Origin: the human T2T-CHM13v2.0 reference genome, Homo sapiens
Reading direction: 5' to 3' (one strand)
DNA: 64,000 nt
NCBI RefSeq assembly: GCF_009914755.1
Contig: NC_060925.1
This document shows, piece after piece, positions 39,471 through 52,299 of this stretch (positions within the stretch are counted from its first letter, which is position 1; every line of letters starts with the position of its first letter). Both the position numbers and the translations under genes were made by a program. The notes beneath the pieces were generated by a model. It saw only the letters and a program-made list of their open reading frames with translations. It was not told where the DNA came from and did no database searches.

Positions 39471-39727
39471 ACATACATATGTATTTTAGATATGTATTTA
39501 TTATTTACATAAATAAATAAATAGACTGTACTGCCTATATGCATGTATTTTTCTTACCACATGAGAAAATAAGTACAATATAACAGGAAAGCCTGTATAA
39601 AGAACCATGTGTGTGAATTACTTTTCCTTTTTCACTTTCTCAGTAATTTCCATGATTTCCAAATAAACAACATGCTACAAATATTTTCACGTTTTATACT
39701 GGTATATAACTCATATATAATCCTGAC

Positions 39728-40530
39728 TGTATTAGTCCATTCCTGCTGCTATAACAAAATATCTTAGACTGAGTAATATGTAAACAACATAAATTGATAT
39801 CTTGTAGGCCTGGAGACTGAGAAGTCTAAGATCAAGGTGTGTGATGCTTAATATTGAATGTCAACTTGATTGGAATGAAGGATGCAAATTATTGTTCCTG
39901 GCATGTCTTTGAGGTTGCCAAAGGAGATTAACATTTGATTCAGTGGACTGGGAAAGGCAGACTCACCATCAATCTGGGTAGGCACAATCTAATCAGCTAC
40001 CAGTGTGGCAGGAATAAAAGCAAGCAGAAGAACTGGAAAGATTAGACTGGCTTAGTCTCCAAGCCTACATCTTTCTCCCATGCTGGATGCTTCCTGCCCT
40101 TTAACATCAGACTCCAAGTTTTTCAGCTTTGGGACTTGGACAGGCTTCCTTGCTCCTCGGCTTGCAGATGGCCTATTGTGGGACCTCACCTTGCGATTGT
40201 GTGAATTAATACTCCTTAATAAATTCACCTTTATATATACATCTATCATATTCTGTCCCTTTAGAGAACCCTGACTAATACAAGGTGCTAGCAGATTCAG
40301 TGTCTGGCAAGAGCTCATTCCCTGTTTCCTCACATAGCAGAATGGTGAATGTTGTGTCCCCATATAATGGAAGGGGCAAGATAGCTTTCTTCGACCTCTT
40401 TCACAAGGACATTAATCCCATTTGTAAAGGTGGTGCTCTCATGATTTACTAAATTCTTAAAGATCCCACCTCTTATTATCACCACAATGGAGATTGGATT
40501 TGAACATGAATTTAGGGGGACACAATAGAC
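39728..40530 (-). mobile_element. MaLR solo LTR (MSTD/MLT1A-like), split by MLT2A
   Basis: TGTATTAGTCC..GCTGCTATAACAAAATA..AAGATCAAGGTG, resuming AGGTGCTAGCAGATTCAGTGTCTGG. Confidence 0.85.
39840..40282 (+). mobile_element. MLT2A (HERV-L) solo LTR
   Basis: TGTGATGCTTAATATTGAATGTCAACTTGATTGG...AGAGAACCCTGACTAATACA; 5-bp TSD AGGTG at 39835-39839 and 40283-40287. Confidence 0.95.
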
Positions 40531-40565
40531 TGTATATTATATATGTAGAGAAATAGGTATATATT

Positions 40566-42890
40566 TGTGTGAGTCCATTTTCATACTGCTATGAAGAAAT
40601 ACCCAAGACTGGGTAATTTATAAAGAAGAAGTTTGATGAATTCACAGATCCACATGGCTGGGGAGGCCTCACAATCATGGTGGAAGGTGAAGGAGGGGCA
40701 AAGACACATCTTACATGGCAGCAGGCAAAAGCATGTGCAGGGGAACTGCCTTTTACAAAACCATCAGCTCTCATAAGACTTATTCACTATTTTTAGAACA
40801 ACAGAGGAAAACTCAGCCCCATGATTCAATTACCTCCCACTGAGTACCTCCCATGACATATGGGGATTGGGGGAGCTACAATTCAAAATGAGATTTGGGT
40901 GGGGACACAGCCAAACCATATTACTCTATCCCTTCTTCCTCCCAAATCTCATGTCCTCACATTTCAAAACCAATCATGCCTCCCCTACAGTCATCCAAAG
41001 TTTTCACACATTTCAGAATTAACTGAAAAGTTCACAGTCCAAAGTCTCATCTGAGACAAGGCAAGTCCCTTCTGCCTATGAGCCTGTAAAATCAAAAGCA
41101 AGTTAGTTACTTCCTAGATACAATGGGTGTACAGGCATTGGGTAAATACACCCATTCCAATTGGGAGAAATTGGCCAAATCAAAGGGACTACAGGCCCCA
41201 TGAAAGTCAAAAATCCAGTGTGGCAGTCAAATCTAAAAACTCCCAAATGATCTCCATTTACTCCATGTCTCATATCCAGGTCATGCTGCTGCAAGAGGTG
41301 GGCTCCCATGAGCTTGGGCAGCTCCACCCATGTGGCCTTAAAGGGTACAGCCCCCCTACTGGCTGCTTTCATGGCCTGGCATTGGGTGCCTATGGCTTTT
41401 CCAGGTGCACAGTGCAAGCTGCCAGTGGATCTTCCATTCTGGGGTCTATAGGACGGTGGCCATCTTCTCACAGCTCCACTAGGCAGTGGCCCAGTGGAGA
41501 CTCTGACTGGGGACTCCAACCCCACATTTCCCTTCTGCACTGTCCTAGCAGAGGCTCTCCATGAGGGCTCTGCCTGTGCAGCACACCTCTGCCTGGACAT
41601 CCAGGCATTTCCAGACATCCTTTGAGATCTAAACAGAGGTTCCCAAACCTCAATTCTTGACCTCTTTGCACCTGCAGGCACAACACCACATGTAAGCCAC
41701 CAAGGCTTAGGGCTTGCACCTTCTGAAGCAGTGGCCTGAGCTATATGTTGGTCCCTTTTAGTCCTGGCTGGGGCACAGGGTACCAAGTCCTGAGACTGCA
41801 CAAAGCAGTAGGGCTCTGGGCCTGGCCTGTGAAACTATATTTCTCCTTCTTGGCCGCTAGGCCTGTGATGAAAGGGTCTGGTGTGAAGACCTTTGACATA
41901 CCCTGGAGACATTTTCCTCATTGTCTTGTCCATCATTTTCCTCCTTTTTACTTATGCAAATTTCTGCAGCTGGTTTGAATTTCTTCTCAGAAAATGGGTT
42001 TTTCTTTTCTATCACATCATCAGGCTGTAAATTTTCCAAATGATTTTGCTCTGCTTCCCTTTTAAACGTAAGTTGCAATTCCAAACCATATCTTTGTGAA
42101 TTAATAAAACTGAATTCCTTTAACAGCATCCAAGTCAACTCTTGAATGCTTTGCTGCTTAGAAATTTATTCCACCAGATACCCTAAATCATCTCCCTCAA
42201 GCTCAAAATTTCACAAATCTCTAGGACAGGGACAAAATACTTCCAGTCTCTTTGCTAAAGCATAGTAAGAATCACCTTTGCTTCAGTTCCCAGTAAGTTC
42301 TGTATCTCCATCTGAGACCACCACCTCAGCCTGGACTTCACTGTCCATACCACTATCAGTATTTTAGTAAAACCCATTCAGTAAGTGTCTACAAAGCTCC
42401 AAATTTTCCTGTCTTCTCCTGAGCCCTTTAAACTGTTCCAATCTCTCCCTGTTACCAAGTTCCAAAGTCTCTTCCAAATTTTGGGGTATCTTAATAGCAG
42501 TACCTTACTCTACCAGTACAAATTTACTATATTAGTCTGTTCTCACACTGCTTATGAAAACATACCTGAGACTGGGTAATTTAAAAAGGAAAAGAAGTTT
42601 AATGGACTTACAGTTCCACATGGCTAGGGAGGCCTCACAATCATGGTGGAAGGTGAAGGAGGAGCACAGTCACATCTCACATGGTAGCAGACAAAAGAGT
42701 ATATGAGGGGAACTGCCCTTTATAAAACCATCAGATCTTTTGGGACATATTCACCATCATGAGAATAGCATGGGAAAAACCTACCCCTGTGATTCAATTA
42801 CTTCCCACTGTGTACTTCCCAGGACTGGTGGGATTATGAAAGTTACAATTCAAGATGAGATTTGGGTAGGGACACAGCAAAACCATATCA
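40566..42890 (-). mobile_element. full-length THE1 provirus: 3'LTR 40566-40923, internal region, 5'LTR 42528-42890
   Basis: two homologous antisense LTRs and THE1-int; near-TSD ATATT/ATATC. Confidence 0.96.
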
Positions 42891-43413
42891 ATATCTGATA
42901 TATGTAGATATAAATATAATCAGCCCATATTTCTTTAAGAATACAGAAGCCACTTTGTATATTCCTAGTATAAACATTTTAATAGAAATTTGTGTAATCA
43001 ATCGAATGACTTCAGGAATAAAGGTCAGAGGAGCCACCAACAAAAATTTCACCCTGCAGTATGAAGGCAGATGGTTGTCAATCATTCTCTAGAAAGTCGC
43101 TGCAGTTTACAAGAATCTCTGACCAGTCTTCACCAATTTTTTAGTTTGGACCACAAAAGTGTGCTTTTGTTTTGGTAGCCAACTGTGAGTTTCACATCCG
43201 TTATTGCCTCAATAGCCACTACTTATTTTCTCTCTCATCTTCCAAATTTTGTGACTACTTCTCTTTGACAAAATTTAGAGGGGACCAAAGTGATGGTGAA
43301 TTGCCAACAGACCATTCAAGAGAAACAAATGCACAGAACATAATGCATAATGTAAATGTTCACTTAGGTAAGCAGCAAATCATAAATGAATCACAAATGT
43401 AAGCACCACTCAG

Positions 43414-43520
43414 AATATATATATAGATACATATACATCTATATATGTATCTATCTATATCTATATCTATATCTATCTATATCTATATATATATATAAAT
43501 ATCTATGTATGTATATGTGA
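43414..43520. repeat. (TA)n/(TCTA)n simple repeat
   Basis: direct inspection. Confidence 0.93.
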
Positions 43521-43864
43521 ATGACACATTGACAGCATAGGGGAAGAAAACTTTATCCTCTTAGAGATCCCAGCTAAGCCTGAGAATTTAATTGAAATAA
43601 GGCAAATTAACAGAAGAAAAGCATATTGTTGTGCAACAGATAGTTGTTCATTATTCATTACTCAATAACATTCTATTATATGAACATACCACTATTATAT
43701 ATATTTTCAGATTTTGATTATTATGAATGATCTTTTGATCCTCTTCAGTTTTTTATTTTATAAACAATACTGCTCTGATTATTGCTGTATGTATTCCTTA
43801 GTTTTTGCAATTGTTTTGATGTTTACACAGTATTTTATTTTCTGATTTATATCTATGATAGACG

Positions 43865-44061
43865 TTATTACACTTTCTCTAAAGTATAAGATAGTAAGTG
43901 CTTTAAGCTTTACATGATACATGCTCTGTAGCAACTACACAAACTTCCTGTTGTAGTGTCATAGTAACCATAGGCAATACATAAACAAATGAGTAAAGTT
44001 GTGTGCCAAAAAATCATTTATTTTCAAAAAAAGGCTGTGGGTTACAGTTTGCTAACCCCTG
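43865..44061 (+). mobile_element. MER58A-like hAT-Charlie DNA transposon
   Basis: CTCTGTAGCAACTAC..GGCAATACATAAACAAATGAG..CAGTTTGCTAACCCCTG. Confidence 0.75.
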
Positions 44062-44184
44062 TTCTATGATATAGACTCTATGGTTGAGTTCAACTATAAT
44101 AGTTAATGCCAAAACATTTTTCAAAATTGTGATACCGATGTACATGATGACCAGCAATGATTCAGGATTTGGTAGCTCAACAAC

Positions 44185-44504
44185 TGTTATGGTTAGAATG
44201 TTTGTTCTTTCCAACTCATATTTAACATTTATTGCCATTTTATCAGTATTAGGAGGTGGGGCCTTTGAAAGAATGATGGTTCTGCCCTGCTTGGTAGGAT
44301 TAAAGCCGTTATAAAAGAACGAGTTCAGCCTCCTTTTACTTCTTTTTTGTTCTGCCACAAGGTGAAGCAAGAAGGCCCTCAACAGATGCAAGCACCTTGA
44401 TATTGGACTTTCCAGCCTCCAGAACTGCCAACCAATAGATTTCTGTTTATTATAAATTACCCACTCTTTAGTATTCTGTATAACAGCACAAATGGACTAC
44501 AACA
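44185..44504 (+). mobile_element. MST (B/C-like) solo LTR
   Basis: TGTTATGG..GAGGTGGGGCCTTT..CCAGCCTCCAGAACTG..AATGGACTACAACA; TSD ACAAC at 44180-44184 and 44505-44509. Confidence 0.88.
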
Positions 44505-45077
44505 ACAACTTTGTGAACAATTTCTATTTTCACTGTTTAAATTTTAGCCTTTCTGCTGGATAATAAAGGTGTGTTATAGTAAAAGTCCATAATTTGAATG
44601 ATAATAGCATTTACCAAATTTTCATACGTTTATTGCCCATATGAATATAGTCTTTTGTGTAGTACATTTTCAAGTATCTCATTCTTCTTTTACAGGCTCT
44701 ATTTTTTCTTCTTGACCTACATTATTATTATTATTACGGATAAAAGCTCTTGTGATTATTTCTGTTATACAAATCCTTCTTTGACTTGGTGGCTTGGAGT
44801 TTTCCTCTCAGTAGTGTTTTTTTTTTTCTTATGAAGAGAAACTTAATTTTAGTGCACTCTGCTTTATTCATTTTGTACTATACTTAGTAGTTTTTAAATC
44901 CTGTTTTTCAAATTTTTCTTTACTATTAGGTTGGAAACTGAGAAGCAATTTCTTATATAATCAACTAGGAGCTAACTGCATTTGTATGGTTCACTTCATA
45001 TATATGTTTCTATAAGTTGTGAATTGTTATTTTTTGTTTCAACAAAAACAAATGTTTAACTGTTTCTCACTAATCTA

Positions 45078-45147
45078 TTAGGTTTGTGCAAAGTAATTGT
45101 GGTTTTTGCCATAAAAGTAAACCTCAATTACTTTTGCAACAAACTAA
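45078..45147. mobile_element. MADE1 MITE with both TIRs and TA target duplication
   Basis: TA|TTAGGTTTGTGCAAAGTAATTGTGGTTTTTGCCAT...CAATTACTTTTGCAACAAACTAA|TA. Confidence 0.92.
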
Positions 45148-45529
45148 TATATTACCTTCTTTGTTGTTCATACACATGTAGCTCTCTTTTTGTTCTCTCT
45201 ATTCCACTGTATCATTTACTTATGCTGTGGCAATAGTACAGTATTATCATGATCTTTTTGTTCATTTTCTAATATATATATTGACTATTCATAGCTCCTC
45301 AGGTTTTTTACAAATTTTCAAAAGTTTGAAAATTTGAAAATTTGAAAAGTTTGTTAGGCACCCACAAGGGCATTAGTGAGATTAAGGTTGAGATTGCCTT
45401 GTATTTAAATTTATTTATGAAGAATTGACATGATTATAGGATAGAGGCTTCCAAATCCATAAACATGGTATGTTCCTCCATTTATGTTCAGATTTTTAAA
45501 TTTATTTCTAAAATATTTTGTACTTAATT

Positions 45530-45865
45530 AGTGATAAAATAAATAGAACATATGATTTATTATTTTGACTATTTGAAGAGTATGGTTTAGTAATTGTTAA
45601 CAGTGTTCACATAGTTGTATAGCCACTGCAGAACTTTTTTTATCTTGCAGATCTGAAACTCTATACCCATAAAACAATTCTCCATTCTCACTCCCATCAG
45701 CATCTGACAACCACCATTCTATTTTTTGTTTCTATCAATTTAACTTCTCTAGATACCTCATATAAGTGGAATAATGTAGTATTTATATTTTTGTGACTGC
45801 TTATTTTACTTATAATAATGTCCTCAATGTTCATGCATGTTGTAGCATGTGTCAGAATTTCCTTT
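45530..45865 (-). mobile_element. L1MB-like 3' end
   Basis: TGAAACTCTATACCCAT, CTAGATACCTCATATAAGTGGAAT, CATGTTGTAGCATGTGTCAGAATTTCCTT. Confidence 0.85.
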
Positions 45866-45927
45866 CTTTTTTTTTTTTTGAGATGGAGTCTTGCTCTGTC
45901 GCCCAGGCTGGAGTGCAGTGGTGCAAT
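45866..45927 (-). mobile_element. Alu 3'-terminal fragment (~60 bp)
   Basis: T-run then GAGATGGAGTCTTGCTCTGTCGCCCAGGCTGGAGTGCAGTGGTGCAAT, then unrelated sequence. Confidence 0.9.
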
Positions 45928-48788
45928 AGCAAAACCCATGCAAAAGACTTGTGGTCAAGACTAATTTCATCTAAGGGGTTACCAGTTTACAGACCATATT
46001 AGATCAGTGACTCCACAGCAAAGAACAGGCAACATGAGGACTGTGTGTGAGTTTGAGATTCTCTTTTTTTTTCTTTTTTCTGCTGCTAGCAGAACATAAA
46101 GTCAACATTCCATACACGAAGACATCACTGTGGAGAGGAATAAAGATTGAGTCATAATTCTGAGAGAATAAACATTGTTTAGATCAACCTTTAAACTCAA
46201 TATGCTTAATAGATTAGACTGAAATTATGTATTTCTAATGCTCCCTTTTACTCTATCCAGCATGTGTAGGCTGATCTTGAGATCAAATCTTCATTATATT
46301 TAAAATAATAATACCTTTTATTTGCAGATACATTTTATTTGTATCATGAGAACATTTCAACCCAGTCGTGAGTTTATTAACCTATATTTTCTTTCACTAC
46401 TCCACAGCCAATATGTTCCAATCTTTCTCCTGACTTCCTCATGTGTTCAATGGTACTTTTTACATTTATATGTACAGAGGTTTGATATCTTCACTGATCT
46501 TTACTTTCGCACATCACCAGGCATTCTTCTAAAATTGGGTGCCTCCCCCTTCCACCAGGACTTCCCTACTGGCTCCAACCCAAATTATCCATTTCTTCAA
46601 AACACTGTTGTTTTTATCACTCAATTTAACACATAATTTCAAAAAACTTCAAATATTTCATAGTTTTTTCTCCTATGTATATTATACAAAGTGTACATAA
46701 GAGTGCCTAGCACCTGGTAAGAAAATGATGTATTTTAGAAAGTGGTGTCTTCAGAATTACCCGTACACTTATGAAAGGCGTTGTCCAGTGTCATGTCTTA
46801 GAGATTTTCTGGGTTCATCATAATGTATATTAATTTGACTGTATCTAATAAACATCTTTGCGTCTCATATTTTTGAAAATTAATTTTAAGCTAATTTTGC
46901 AAGGTTTTGAGAAACTATGAAATGTATAAAATGCATAAAAATGTTTAAAACTTGAAATTGCTACACACACTCAACATGCTCTTAGGGTTTATTTAGTTAT
47001 CATTGTGAATACTCAAAAGATTCATGTTATTTGATTATACAACTATATTATAAAATTATAATTTTGTAATAAAGGAAAAACCAATTAACAAATAAGTGAA
47101 AAACTCAACTAATTAACAATTTTATTTGGTCAACTTGATACCAAAGCAGTCGATACATACTTTTGTTTTATTGTTTGATCTGGTGCATTGTCGGAGTGTT
47201 GCTTAAGCAATGTTTAATTTCTTGTCTGTGCAACTGACAAACCTAAGAATGTAGCTAATTAATTGTCAATCTAGTGTGTCTGCACAATTAATCATAATGG
47301 CAGGGGAATAGATGGAATTGAGAAGTGGTAAAAAAATGAGAATCTTATGAATGAGCAATTTATGATTCTTAATGTACATTTCTAAAATCATTCTTTCTCT
47401 TATTTCATATTCACCCTTATATCACCAGAAAACAAATTATATAAAACATATATGTTATAGCTACTTTATATATATATCCCCTTTCAATACATATATATAC
47501 GCAATAATATTAGTTGAAGTCATTTTATAATCTTTATGCAAATGTTCTTATTCTCTACCCCATCTTCTAGATTAGATAATATTTTGCAAGAAAATATGGA
47601 TTATGTCTTTTATAATTCTAGCCCTAATCACCTCACATAGTAAATCTACAATCAACAAATGAATGAGTCATATTTATTTGGTTTTATATCTAAATAATCA
47701 CACCTATTTTCTCATTTTTCCACAATCAGATTTATAAAGGCGAATAATGTGTGTTTTCTAGGCAATATATTAAGTTTGAGTATGCTCAGCTCAATATGGT
47801 AAAGAACACATTATTTAGTATCAATTTAATTAAAACTTAAAATATTCAGGTCATAAAGTAGAGGTATTAAATTAGATTCTGTAATTTGCCTTCAGTCAAT
47901 GTTTTCAATATTTTTACTACTTTCTTCAGTTCAATAAATGGCAGAGGAAGTTATATTTCAATGAGGTTAAAACAAATCTATGCAAATAAAATATATAATT
48001 ACATTATATACAAGTGCTTAGTAATATAGATATTTATTATATAGTAATAATATACTAATCTATAAATGTATAATGTAAATTATTACTAAATATTAAATTA
48101 TAAATAAATATTTCTATGTAGTTAGAAATTGCTTCCCAAAAGTGACATCTCACTACCACCCAAGGGAAAAAAAAAAAACTCAAAAATATCTTTAGTTACT
48201 AAAAAAGCATGAACTCTTTTACAGTATTTGTTAGCCTCACTGTGTCTCTGCCATTTTAACAGAAACACAGAATGATAAATAAATAATCTCACTTGATGGT
48301 TGTTTTCCTTTGACAATGGAACCAAAATGTATTTTAAAATTTGCTTTTTATAAAGAAGTATAAATAAAATTTTAAGCAAAATGTAAATATTTTAAACACA
48401 TCCGAGACTGCTCTACTTAAAAGATTAGTTTGTCACAGTTGTGTATGTTTACTTTTCTACACAATAATTTTTAAAATAGAACTAAAATTTACCTAGAATA
48501 ATTATTTTACCTGATCTCAATTACTTGCTTATTTTGGTGGCTGACATATCTCAATAAATTGATAGTTATGTACCTCTACAATTTCTAATTTTCTGAAAGC
48601 TTGTATGTGACAGTATATTCTGATTTGTCTAGAATATTTATGTTAAATATAAAATACATTAAGTATGTTTTATTAAACTAACACTAGAAATATTAATAAG
48701 AATGCTTAAGTAAATGCAATTGACAGGCATGCTCACTGACATTTAAGATGGATGTTTTCTAATCTAAACACAAATAGCAGAGAATTTT

Positions 48789-49981
48789 TATTTTTCTTAG
48801 CAAGGCAATTTTACTTCTATGGAAGGGTGTGTCTCATGGATGGAGCAATGGCAAGAGCACACCTGAACAAGGGAGGGGAAGAGGTTCCATATCTGACTCA
48901 GGTAGCTTCTTCTGCTGTGTCATTCCCCTATTGGCTAGGGTTGGACCACACAGTCTAAACTAATTCTGATTGGCTATTTTAAAGAGAAAAGGGGTACGAG
49001 CAGGAGTAGCAGGGGGAGTAGTTTGGTGGGAAGGATGGTTACAGAACAGGTGACTCAGGATGGCTAAGAACAGAGCAGGTGACCAAGGATAAGTAAGGTC
49101 AGAGCTGGTGACCAAGAGTGACCAAGGTCAGAGCAAGTGATAGAGGCTAGGATGGGGTTGTTTACTGAAACTAGGGGCAAGGAAATGTGAGGAATGAGGA
49201 AGTTAAACTTTAAAAGGAACAACAAAGAAGAGGGGAGCTGAACATACTGATACACTGGTTCTTTGGAGAGGATCTCAGAACTCATTGTACTTAACAGTTT
49301 ACAGAATTGTACAGAATTCTGTAAATTGTACAGAACAATTTATAGGCTAAAACCTTTGAAGAGGAATTTATTATATCCTACAATTTCCCCCCTTTCAATT
49401 TTCATAGTACTTCCTCTTCAAACTTTTCTAACATACCTTGGCTTTGCTGCTTGACTTAATTCTCTAAAAGAAAAAAAATTGATCTGAGTAAGGCGGAGGA
49501 GAGCTAAGGGAGGTTTTAGTAAGTGCTGCTTGTAAGTCTTTATACTAGCCCACGGATGCATGGTATGACACAACACTCAACAAGAATGTTGAGTAATAAA
49601 CACCTATTATGGCTGCAAGAGAAGTAAGAATTGAGGCTATTATTTCTTTCCATTTACTGAACCACCTTTCTAGCCACCCTGAGAAAGGGTTATCGACTTC
49701 AGAATTTTTAGCTAACTCATTGGATAAGGTGGTAAGTCTTTGTAAGGCCCTTGTTGTGCTCCCAGTGGGGCCAGTGTTGTTTGGGATAAAGGTACAACAC
49801 TGAGTTTTAATCATAACACAAGCACCAGCTTTTTCAGCTAATATCCTATCTAGGGCTATTCTGTTTTCCCAGGCCATCTGGCCAGTGGGCCCCAATTGTT
49901 CTGCTATCCCTTTGACAGCATCCCTGGTGTAATTAATAAACCACTGCTGATTATAGTAGATGTAATTACATCATTTACAAC
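48789..49981 (-). mobile_element. ERV1-class env(TM)-PPT-LTR(U3-R) segment, probably an L1-retrotransposed processed copy
   Basis: LTR begins TGTAGGAT at 49382 on the minus strand after PPT AAAGGGGGGAAAT; ends in an A-rich run with no TG..CA terminus; 13-bp TSD AGCAGAGAATTTT. Confidence 0.88.
49545..49967 (-). pseudogene. env: retroviral envelope TM subunit fragment (gamma-type; resembles PABL/HERV-R(b)/PRIMA-type env)
   Basis: NYIYYNQQWFINYTRDAVKGIAEQLGPTGQMAWENRIALDRILAEKAGACVMIKTQCCTFIPNNT: immunosuppressive domain, CX6CC motif and hydrophobic anchor; C-terminus disrupted. Confidence 0.92.
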
Positions 49982-51822
49982 AGCAGAGAATTTTACATGC
50001 CTTTTGGAAAAGAAATATTAGTAATTTGAGCTTTCATTTCTTACTTTTCTCCTGTTTGACTTAAATGCATTTCTTTGAGAATATGGAGTTCTTTTGAGAA
50101 AGCAGAGTTAATTGTAGTGTAAAGTATTAATAAGTAGATCTGTTCTACTGTTTTATTTTTGTATTATATAAAACCCAAACATCTTGGAAAACCAGGAGAG
50201 GAAAATAGTTCTCACATAATCTTCCACTAGGAGTATAAAATACTACCTGACCAAAATTCAAATAATATATAATAATTTATTTTAACAGCCAATCAACTAT
50301 TTTTCCTAGAACTACTGCTAAAAATAATCAGAGATACAAGGTAAGGGTTGTGTTCAAGGCTGTTTATCTGAGTGTAATTTGTGAATGCAAATTCTGGAGG
50401 AAAGAAACTATAGTGAACACTAAGGAAATGTTTGACTAAAATACACATATTCAAATGATTATATAGGTATTAAGTAGAAATCAGGTTATGGATAATAATT
50501 TATGATAAGCAAATTGTTGAAAGTATAAATCATATGAAAATGCAGAGAAATAAAACTGTATATGTCAGTTTATTCTCAATTCCATAAATTTAAATCTATA
50601 GTTGTATATAAGTATAAACATATACACGTATGTATATGCATATATGTATAAAAATACATGACATGGCAATATGTACACAAATGTTCATTATAGTGTCAAG
50701 GTAGTTTTTTAAATTAATTTTTAAAATACAAATATGTTAAGTACTCAATTTAGCTAGTGAATAAATCCACAGTGTTCAAAAATTCACCCACTCCCTATAC
50801 TCCTGTAATGTAAAATACTCTTAAATTCTTTAGATACTGCAAATATCTAAAGGATGGAAAAATAAAGGACGCATCAAAAATGTTCACAGTATTACATTTA
50901 AAAAGTGTAAAATCATACTGTCAACCTCGAGAGTGAGGGAAAAAAAAAGGTCAAACAGGATAACACAATAGTAAGACTTAGATGGTGTAAAATTGGAATT
51001 TGAAGATAGATCCACTCCTTGGATACAATTCTTTAGAAAAAGCAACTCTAGGGCTTACTTGTCAGAAATGAATTTATGATAAAATCCATACAAGAGTACT
51101 TATAATAATGTACTTATCATAGATGAACTAAGGCACAAACAGAAACTTTGGCCCTACTAGGGAAAATAATTCTGAAAATAGACTCTAACTTTTATACTTG
51201 AAGGTGTGTCTAGGACTAGAGGGTGGAATGTAGTGCTATCCAGTAGTTCATAATGAAGCAAAATTGAATACTGTTGGTTCCCTGAACTGCAGCCAAGAGT
51301 GTTGCATGGCTTATGCTTAATTATCTGAAATACACAAAGCATTCCTATATGTAGACATTATACATCTTGGACTTTGAAAACTTGTTTCTTATTTTCAGTT
51401 GTATATTTGCTTGATCCAAAGTAAAATGTCTGGAAACTATTGACATATAAAAATCAGTGTAATATTTGGTCATAGAATCATTTGCAAAATAAGATTGCAA
51501 AAGAGTAGAGGGAGTCATTGAGAAAAGTTTTGAGAAGGAGATTGGAGATTACAGAAGATAATTTCTATTTCTTTTTTTAATTTTATTAGTAGGAGAAAAG
51601 AGGGACTCTATACATAAAATATGCTGAGAAAGAATCCCTAAAATTGTTTTTAAAAGATTGTCCCACAAATATACTACTCCTATTATCTCTAATTTTAGCA
51701 TAGATGACTTTATGTTCATTTAGGTATCTCTAAAATGACTTTTTGAGATAGTTTTTTTGTACTTGAGAAGCTGCCCAGAGTAAGCGCTGATGTTTAACTT
51801 AGCAAAAAAGATTCAAAGCAGT

Positions 51823-52119
51823 GGTTGGGCAAAGTGGCTCATGCCTGTAATCCCAGTACTTTGGGAGTCCTAGATGGGCAGATAACTTGAGACAAGGACT
51901 TTGAGACCAGTTTGGCCCATGTTGCAAAACCCTCTATCTACTAAAAATACCAAAATTAATCAGGCATGGTGGTGCATGCCTGTAATCCTAGCTACTCTTG
52001 AGGCTGAGGTAGGAAAATCACTTGAACCTGGAGGTAGAGGTTGCAGTGAGCCAAGATTGCCCCACCAACTTGGGCAAAAAAGCCAGACCCTGTCTCAAAA
52101 ACAAATAAACGAACAAACA
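51823..52119 (+). mobile_element. diverged Alu (J or old S)
   Basis: GGTTGGGCAAAGTGGCTCATGCCTGTAATCCCAG; TSD AAAAGATTCAA(A)GCAG on both sides. Confidence 0.94.
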
Positions 52120-52299
52120 AAAAGATTCAAGCAGCTATTATTTTAAAAGTTCAAAGTACGAAGAAAACCACGTTTAAAATTTAAAAGTTATTTTGATAAC
52201 AGAACTCTTGGAAACAGAGAATATCAATAAGACGTAAAAATTACATTAAAAAGATTCAAATGAAAATTCTGAATATAAAAGTACGATAACGACAATAAT

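Noticed and set aside
41103-41801. 232-aa ORF, and other ORFs in the THE1 internal regions
   Set aside because: They lie within THE1-int, where open stretches are common. The paralogous copy at 15.6-17.2 kb is broken differently, and nothing suggests domestication.
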